64,000 nt of DNA from Desulfomonilia bacterium (GTDB lineage: Bacteria; Desulfobacterota; Desulfomonilia; UBA1062): assembly GCA_963664325.2 (NCBI GenBank), contig CAXXDQ010000003.1:928001-992000 (forward strand), read 5' to 3'. A program made the position numbers and the translations under genes. Below are positions 58,077 to 64,000 of the stretch, piece by piece; position 1 is the stretch's first letter; every line of letters starts with the position of its first letter. The notes under the pieces were generated by a model. It was not told where the DNA came from. It saw only the letters and a program-made list of their open reading frames with translations, and did no database searches.

Positions 58077-61000
58077 TCATATAAATGGAAGAATTTGCCC
58101 TCTGTCATATTTCAGAGTTAAGAAATGATCGTTTAACTCTTTTTCATTATCTTTGATTGCACTTTCAATTTGATCATTATTCGTAAGTCGAAATTTTATC
58201 CGATTCTCATTTATCCGAACATCTTCTTGAACTCTTTTATCAATTTCATCCATCCAGAGGAAGCACCTTCTATCTACTGATTTTAGGAATAGCTGAAAAC
58301 AGGCGAAAGCTTCGTCATTATCGGAGACAATCAAGAAGCGATTATACCAATGTCTGGCCCATTGATTTCTGTAATGATAATATTTTATTTGTGGAAGTAA
58401 TTTTTCTACCCATGTGCCATCAAGATCAGAAGATTTTACAAAGCTGTCAATTCCAAATTCGATGTCAGCAAGAGAAATAAGCATAAGACCTTTTGCTCGA
58501 ATCCATAATTGCGGTTTGCCAATTAAATCATGCGTAATTTCCATTATCCACGATTGTTGCCTGTATGCGCAAGCAGCATTTGCTAGTTCTAAAAGTTCAA
58601 TATCGCTATAGCTGTTTTCAATCATTTCAACTGCAGCATTACGTGCATCTAAAAAATGTATCGCTGAGAAGGGTAGATAAGTCATCCAATCAGTTCCTAT
58701 ATGCTTATTATTGAAGTTTACTCGATGTGGATTTTCACGGATTTTTTTCCAAAGAATAAAGCTTAAAGGATGTTCGATTTTAACCAGAGCTGAGCATAAA
58801 GATTGATAAAAGCCATTGCATCTAAAAAGGAGGTCATTCTTTGAAGATCCTTCTAATACTTTGTTAATCCATTTTTCAACCATTTGAGGATTATCTCTGT
58901 AGACACAGACCAAAACGTCTGTGCTTAATTGACAATATCGTAATTGTGTTCCGTCTTTTTGCATTAAGGCTTCAATTTGCCTTTGGAAAGCTTGCTGCCG
59001 AGAAGTAAAATCTTCAGGGGATTCATGAAATAAATGTTTATGGATTTCAATTTTCTCTTCTTGTTTATTGCTGCGCCAAGACAGAAAGGGAGAGATTATG
59101 CGAATTGCACGATTATATGAAGGTTCTTTGTAGTAAACAAAGGTTGCCCCTGTCTTTTGATAGCTTTCCACTTGTGGAGATGTAAAGGTATTATCATCCT
59201 TGTTTTCTTGCTGCGATACATGTTGCCATACTGAATCGAGAAGATTGGCAAAAAGTTGAACATCATCGGGACGGCATGAATTATTATAAATAACCTTACT
59301 AATCCATTTAAGTGGAAGATATTTGATCAGTGTATGAAGAGACAGGTCATTAACATATCTGCAATAGATGTTTGCAATCCAAGCGTCAATTCTACTTGTT
59401 TCTGGTTTTAATAGCTCAGAATCTTTTTGAATAATATGATCAATAAGGTATCGGTCACCAGATGACCATACAAATTTAATCGTGCAATATTTAAGGGTAG
59501 TGTTGTTGCTCTCCATCCATTCAATCAGCTTTTGCCTATGGTCGTTTGAAAGAATAGGTTTTGAATCACATAGTAACCATAAGATCCTGTACTGAGAGAT
59601 GGGAGAAGATTCTGTTAGAAGTCTTTCAAGATAATCACAAGTGATTTTTTCTGGCAAAGGTTGGAACCATGTCTCAAGTGATTCTAAATCAAGAACTTTA
59701 TCTGGCCTGTTCAAGATGAATTCTGCGATTTCATCAACATTCAAATGCATTATACGTGCAAGTGTTCCGCGAGACACTGCATATACTTTTCGGTCAGTAT
59801 ATCCACCATCGGCATGTTTTGGCCATATGCAAGCTTTTGAATAGTATGTACCCAAGATATTGTCGAGAATTTCAAGCTCTGGTTCATGAAGAACAATCCC
59901 CATCTTGGGAAGAAAGATTAAGAGTTGGTTTACACCCTCTTCATTCCTTTTATCCAAGGTATGTACAGCCCTTCGTATTATCTCGCCTAATTTTTGAAAA
60001 GTAAAACGTGCCAGGACAGGCATAAAAGTATCAATTATATGATCATCATGCGTATGGTCTAAGGATGCACGATATTCCTCAACGGGAAGTGATTGAGTTT
60101 CTTCGCATAATCGTATGATAAAACTTTCAGGCGCTACAATATCCGGATCAGCAAGGTATTTATCTAACTTCATTACAATATGCCATAGCTTTAAATCATC
60201 TCTTGCCATGCATGGTTTATAGTCTTCGCGAGAAGATAAGGCAAAAATACTGGCGTATGGATCTTTTTCATATTCGATTTGAAATTCTGATGCTGGATAA
60301 AGATCATGAAGATATCTTTCAAGCAGTTCATTTGCAGAGCGATTACCGATGCAATTTGAGAGAAGGTGAGCTGCTTCTTTAAGTGTTTCATTATCGGACA
60401 TTGCCATTTGTGTTAGATTCAGTTCAAATTCATGCCAAATGTCTTCTTCTGTAAGACGTAGAATCCATGATGCTTCCTCAAACTCTGAATGTCTCCCCAT
60501 CAGACGCCTAGAAATGGCCCATTGTAAGAAAGACTCAATAAAGGAAATTCTATCACCAGCAGATATAATTAACATTGCGAATCTAGCCATGCGCAACATG
60601 TTATCGTCTTCAGTAATAAAAAAATGGCGACCTTGAAATTCAACTTTGTCACCAGTAGTAACCTCGCGGCCTAATCGTCTGAATAATTTCTGTCTGAGCT
60701 CGATGGTATTCGCTTCTTTTAATGATCGGTCAAAAGGGTGCCCGTTGATATTAATGTAGCTCATCCATCGTTTGCAGGCATCAATTAATACTGGTTTAAC
60801 CTTTAAATCATCCCGGTGTTTGAGAAAGGCCATCGCTAATCTCTCTTGAGCTAGACCATTGTCTTGCAGATTGCTCCAAAAAAAATCGGCAACCTCTACG
60901 ATATCATTAATAGAATCAGGCAAGTAAGCACTTATTGCCCTTTCCTGTAAGTCCGTCATATTTCGCGAACCTATCCAAATTCGTAATAATGCTTGCCTAG

Positions 61001-62822
61001 CATTAGTGTGATAATCAATATTCATGATACTAAAGAAAACAGCCGCACCAACAATGGAAACTTTCAACTCCATATCCGGATGTGGTTCCAGCCATATTTC
61101 TATAGCATTAGTATATTCATCAATAGTTTTAACTGGTTCACTGATTAAATAATCAGCAAGAAGCATCCCAAGACCATAAACAAGTTTTTGTTTTTCTACG
61201 CGATAGGGAGTTGATTGTAAGCCAGTCCTTTCTAAGAGGCCACCATCGATAATTTCCTGTAAAATGGCATTAGTATTATCTATTCTAGGAAGGGTTTTCA
61301 CAATATCTGCTTTTCCAAAAGAACGTAATCCGGTTATGTATTTATTTGCTAGATTACATAGGATTTGATTAAAGTCCTCATCCGTAATTGGCTGACTAAG
61401 ATTCTTAGCCGTTCTTTCCTTGTAGTCCTGATATATCAGGCGTTCGATTGTAAGATCGCCACTTATCAAAAGAGGCTGGAAGTGTCGTAATGCTAAATCA
61501 CAATAACGTGGTTTTCTAATTAATATAAGTAGTTCTTCTGGAATTGAGATTGAATTTTGAATACCTACCAAGGCTAATTCCTGTCTCAATTCATTGGCAT
61601 CGTAACCAGTTGTTTCGATTACTTTAATACTTAATGTATTAAAATCTAAATTTGACTGAAAAAAATCATTTCTACTGCTCATAAAAATAGCAACATGTTT
61701 ATGCCAATAATCTGAGTTTGATTCTAGAATCAAATGGCGCCATAAAAAATTGGGTTTTTCATTCAAGCCATCCAGATAAAGAAGAAATAGTGGTTCGTCT
61801 GTCTCATGATGCTTCAACCATCCTTCCAAACGTTTCTTCCAGAATGTTTCCGTTTTTCCGCAACGCTTTATCAATATATCAATAATTAATTCATGAAGGT
61901 CTGTTGTCCCTGATAATTGAGCCGATGTGACAGGTAGGAGAATTGGACCGGTATTGTCGTCGAAACTGCTTGCCAACCAGGCCATGCACGCCCATGTTTT
62001 GCCTGTTCCTTCCTCTCCTAAAAGAACAACATGATCAAATTCTGATTTTCTATTTTTATACCAAGAATTGAATTGTTCATTCAGATTACTTCGGATTATT
62101 GGCAAGCGCCGGTCTTTATCGTGTAATCCAATATCTTGATGAAATCCTGCCATCGATTTTACTTGGTTATCAATATGCCCTTGAAACCATTGGCATGATC
62201 TTTTACGTGCATTCTTGAAACCAAATACCGCAGCATCCAGTATTTCACAAAGTTGATCTACAAATCTGTCATAATTTACGTTTTGTTGGATAGAACTGAT
62301 GCTTATTTCTAAATCTTCCATTTTAATATCTTGACTATTTTTGCTGCAGAAATCCTTAATTATATCTGGAAATCTAGCACAAAAAACCTCAAAGTACCCG
62401 CAACCATCAATCCTCGAATCTAAGATTAGACTCTCAATGCCCATACTCTCTGAGAAATTTTTAATTCCCTGCATTTCCTTATCGCCAATTTCTGTTGTTG
62501 TTGCTAAAACCCAGAGATCAAGGTCCGGTAGGGCTTGTATAACTTCAGCGAGTTCGCCTAAAAGTTCTCGTCTACTGATGCTTGATCCTTGCTTATAACG
62601 TTTCATTTCTACTGCTAAAGTGATTCCAGACGGAGAATCTGAAGTAACATCTTTACCTGTCTGGCTACCGGCGCGAGCTAACCGGAATAATTCACTTGTC
62701 CACCTTTCTAATAATTCTCGGATCAACCCTTCAAAACCTGTTAGTCCTATTGGTTTAAGAGTTGTGAGAATTGAAACAAGGGAATTTTCTCTATTATTTG
62801 TAGGATTCAATTTCTTTTTCAT
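58077..62822 (-). CDS. PD-(D/E)xK nuclease + STAND NTPase + long helical C-terminus (Avs-like antiphage candidate)
   Basis: N-terminal GFEGLI..LL, GSQTGKD and AVEMKRY; Walker A GEEGTGKT; Walker B LYLDGLNE; SSR and RKP motifs; about 1000 aa helical tail. Visibly AT-rich. Confidence 0.75.
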   Translation of the reverse strand: MKKKLNPTNNRENSLVSILTTLKPIGLTGFEGLIRELLERWTSELFRLARAGSQTGKDVTSDSPSGITLAVEMKRYKQGSSISRRELLGELAEVIQALPDLDLWVLATTTEIGDKEMQGIKNFSESMGIESLILDSRIDGCGYFEVFCARFPDIIKDFCSKNSQDIKMEDLEISISSIQQNVNYDRFVDQLCEILDAAVFGFKNARKRSCQWFQGHIDNQVKSMAGFHQDIGLHDKDRRLPIIRSNLNEQFNSWYKNRKSEFDHVVLLGEEGTGKTWACMAWLASSFDDNTGPILLPVTSAQLSGTTDLHELIIDILIKRCGKTETFWKKRLEGWLKHHETDEPLFLLYLDGLNEKPNFLWRHLILESNSDYWHKHVAIFMSSRNDFFQSNLDFNTLSIKVIETTGYDANELRQELALVGIQNSISIPEELLILIRKPRYCDLALRHFQPLLISGDLTIERLIYQDYKERTAKNLSQPITDEDFNQILCNLANKYITGLRSFGKADIVKTLPRIDNTNAILQEIIDGGLLERTGLQSTPYRVEKQKLVYGLGMLLADYLISEPVKTIDEYTNAIEIWLEPHPDMELKVSIVGAAVFFSIMNIDYHTNARQALLRIWIGSRNMTDLQERAISAYLPDSINDIVEVADFFWSNLQDNGLAQERLAMAFLKHRDDLKVKPVLIDACKRWMSYININGHPFDRSLKEANTIELRQKLFRRLGREVTTGDKVEFQGRHFFITEDDNMLRMARFAMLIISAGDRISFIESFLQWAISRRLMGRHSEFEEASWILRLTEEDIWHEFELNLTQMAMSDNETLKEAAHLLSNCIGNRSANELLERYLHDLYPASEFQIEYEKDPYASIFALSSREDYKPCMARDDLKLWHIVMKLDKYLADPDIVAPESFIIRLCEETQSLPVEEYRASLDHTHDDHIIDTFMPVLARFTFQKLGEIIRRAVHTLDKRNEEGVNQLLIFLPKMGIVLHEPELEILDNILGTYYSKACIWPKHADGGYTDRKVYAVSRGTLARIMHLNVDEIAEFILNRPDKVLDLESLETWFQPLPEKITCDYLERLLTESSPISQYRILWLLCDSKPILSNDHRQKLIEWMESNNTTLKYCTIKFVWSSGDRYLIDHIIQKDSELLKPETSRIDAWIANIYCRYVNDLSLHTLIKYLPLKWISKVIYNNSCRPDDVQLFANLLDSVWQHVSQQENKDDNTFTSPQVESYQKTGATFVYYKEPSYNRAIRIISPFLSWRSNKQEEKIEIHKHLFHESPEDFTSRQQAFQRQIEALMQKDGTQLRYCQLSTDVLVCVYRDNPQMVEKWINKVLEGSSKNDLLFRCNGFYQSLCSALVKIEHPLSFILWKKIRENPHRVNFNNKHIGTDWMTYLPFSAIHFLDARNAAVEMIENSYSDIELLELANAACAYRQQSWIMEITHDLIGKPQLWIRAKGLMLISLADIEFGIDSFVKSSDLDGTWVEKLLPQIKYYHYRNQWARHWYNRFLIVSDNDEAFACFQLFLKSVDRRCFLWMDEIDKRVQEDVRINENRIKFRLTNNDQIESAIKDNEKELNDHFLTLKYDRGQILPFI

Positions 62823-62897
62823 TTTATTGCGGTATGTCGATCTCCAATTTTATGAATCATAATTTCAATATAGGAAGTTTCTTACTTGTGTGGCCAA

Positions 62898-62919
62898 TGA
62901 GTTATTCTTCAATAACTCA
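62898..62919. promoter_or_regulatory. Perfect palindrome upstream of the STAND gene (possible operator or hairpin)
   Basis: TGAGTTATT-cttc-AATAACTCA. Confidence 0.45.
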
Positions 62920-63085
62920 ATATCTCTACGCTAACGATTAAAAAATACTTTGCCGAATTTGATAGATCATTGTTCCTCCTCACAAATAAATTGCACGTGA
63001 TGTTTGAGATAATCGAATCAAGGTTGAATGCTTTATTTTCGTATTTTTGACGAATGATTGCAAATGGTTTTTACAGCAAATCGTA

Positions 63086-63265
63086 TCAAAAATTATTGCC
63101 CGGCTGTTTTTGAATGAGTCTCAGGGTTTCCTGATAGATGGTCTTTCTCGGGCAGATGGTGATCAGGGTGATTTCGTTGTCGAAATGTTTGCAGATAATC
63201 CTGAATCTGCCTACGTCGTCGGGGCTTATCACATATGCGATAGCGGAGCCGTCCTTATTGGACGG
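63086..63265 (-). pseudogene. Collapsed type II toxin-antitoxin relic (Phd/YefM-like fragment joined in frame to a RelE/ParE C-terminal half)
   Basis: The minus frame reads PSNKDGSAIAYVISPDD-VGRFRIICKHFDNEITLITICPRKTIYQETLRLIQKQPGNNF*, bounded upstream by TAA. Confidence 0.65.
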
Positions 63266-63407
63266 TTAAGGGAAGGGGACATGGACAAGACGAAAAAAAC
63301 CTGCCGGTTTTATCAGGAGCCGCCGGCGCTATTGTTTGTTGTGAGATCGATCAGGAATGTGTTAGGAAATTTATAGATTCATATCTCAATATTGTCGGGA
63401 GATTGTT

Positions 63408-63626
63408 ATGCCAAAACATGGAAAAGGGGATGCCGGAAAGCCGTTATACGAATCGCCGAAAGTAATGAATCTGGATGCAAGCGACAAGGCATTGGGCGAC
63501 TGCATTTCTATGGGTTCGGGGGACGAGACCTGTTTTCAAAGCGGCTCGTCGGCACTGTTTGTGTGTGACGGCAACGGATCATCAGCGGGTGCATGCAAAG
63601 GAGCAGGCTCGTCCCCGGAGTCCTAG
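63408..63626 (+). CDS. Cys-repeat RiPP precursor-like peptide (72 aa)
   Basis: GGGAG RBS, leader with YESPKVMNL, and a core with four C-x3-G-S-[SG] units (Cys32, 42, 53, 63). Confidence 0.7.
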   Translation: MPKHGKGDAGKPLYESPKVMNLDASDKALGDCISMGSGDETCFQSGSSALFVCDGNGSSAGACKGAGSSPES

Positions 63627-63655
63627 CGCCGCGGAATATTGGCGGAACTGTCATA

Positions 63656-64000
63656 TTGAAGGAAAAGAGGCGTACTCCGGTCAGGTTTATCCGCTCTTAC
63701 CGAGCCGGATTCCTGAGGTCATCTGAAAAACTTTTTGCGATGGTGCAGTCCATTCCCCGATACCGTTCGTTCATGAGAAGGCATGTGCCGGTCACCGGAA
63801 CCTCTGATTATGATGATCTTCCGTATAAGGCCGTTATCCGTCTCCAAAATGAATATAAGGATATCGGCTGGCTGAAAGGCAATAAGGAAAGGACCTTCAT
63901 TTTCGTCCTGATCGGAAACCGGTATGCGGGCTTTGCAAGACTTGACCGGTATGAGAACAGACCGGAATTCGGGAAAGGCGTGTGGCTTATGGACTGCTGG
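63656..64000 (+). CDS. GNAT-like protein, truncated by the right window edge
   Basis: The frame is open from TTG 63656 (or ATG 63740) to the end: ...FIFVLIGNRYAGFARLDRYENRPEFGKGVWLMDCW, which resembles GNAT strands leading to the acetyl-CoA-binding motif. Confidence 0.5.
   Translation, partial: MKEKRRTPVRFIRSYRAGFLRSSEKLFAMVQSIPRYRSFMRRHVPVTGTSDYDDLPYKAVIRLQNEYKDIGWLKGNKERTFIFVLIGNRYAGFARLDRYENRPEFGKGVWLMDCW

Noticed and set aside
63047-63376. 109-aa plus-strand ORF, and its tail MDKTKKTCRFYQEPPALL (from 63281) as a second RiPP precursor
   Set aside because: Most of it is the codon-aligned antisense of the TA relic. The tail has an RBS and a loosely leader-like YQEPP but no Cys/Gly/Ser core, so support is too weak.
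1-64000. CRISPR arrays, tRNA/rRNA genes, transposases, integrases and prophage genes
   Set aside because: None recognised by eye. A covariance-model or HMM scan would be needed to exclude small RNAs definitively.

Overview
This is a bacterial chromosomal segment, probably from an anaerobic Desulfobacterota/'Deltaproteobacteria'-type organism (inferred from gene content only). In order it carries: (1) a minus-strand amino-sugar catabolic operon (two PIG-L deacetylases, a GPH sugar transporter with a large inserted domain, a ceramidase-like amidohydrolase, an SIS-domain deaminase and a HAD hydrolase); (2) an FGE-sulfatase-domain lipoprotein; (3) a double-cubane-cluster reductase / cysteine desulfurase / YedF / DUF3343 operon; (4) a complete trpEGDCFBA operon preceded by an unannotated Trp-rich leader peptide and attenuator; (5) a partly AT-rich glycan-modification block; (6) an acyl-CoA catabolic operon with an HMG-CoA-synthase-like/DUF35 fusion and an SCP2-type thiolase; (7) several hydrolases and lipoproteins, plus a PLP decarboxylase with a Tat signal; (8) a kdpFABC operon apparently driven by a sigma54 promoter and an NtrC-type two-component pair, with a kinase-less KdpD fused to a PTS EIIA domain; (9) an AT-rich 1581-aa nuclease-STAND ATPase (Avs-like antiphage candidate) next to a collapsed toxin-antitoxin relic; (10) at the right edge, a Cys-repeat RiPP-precursor-like peptide followed by a truncated GNAT-like gene. 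I saw no rRNA, tRNA, CRISPR array or transposase. All calls come from reading motifs by eye, and no database searches were run.
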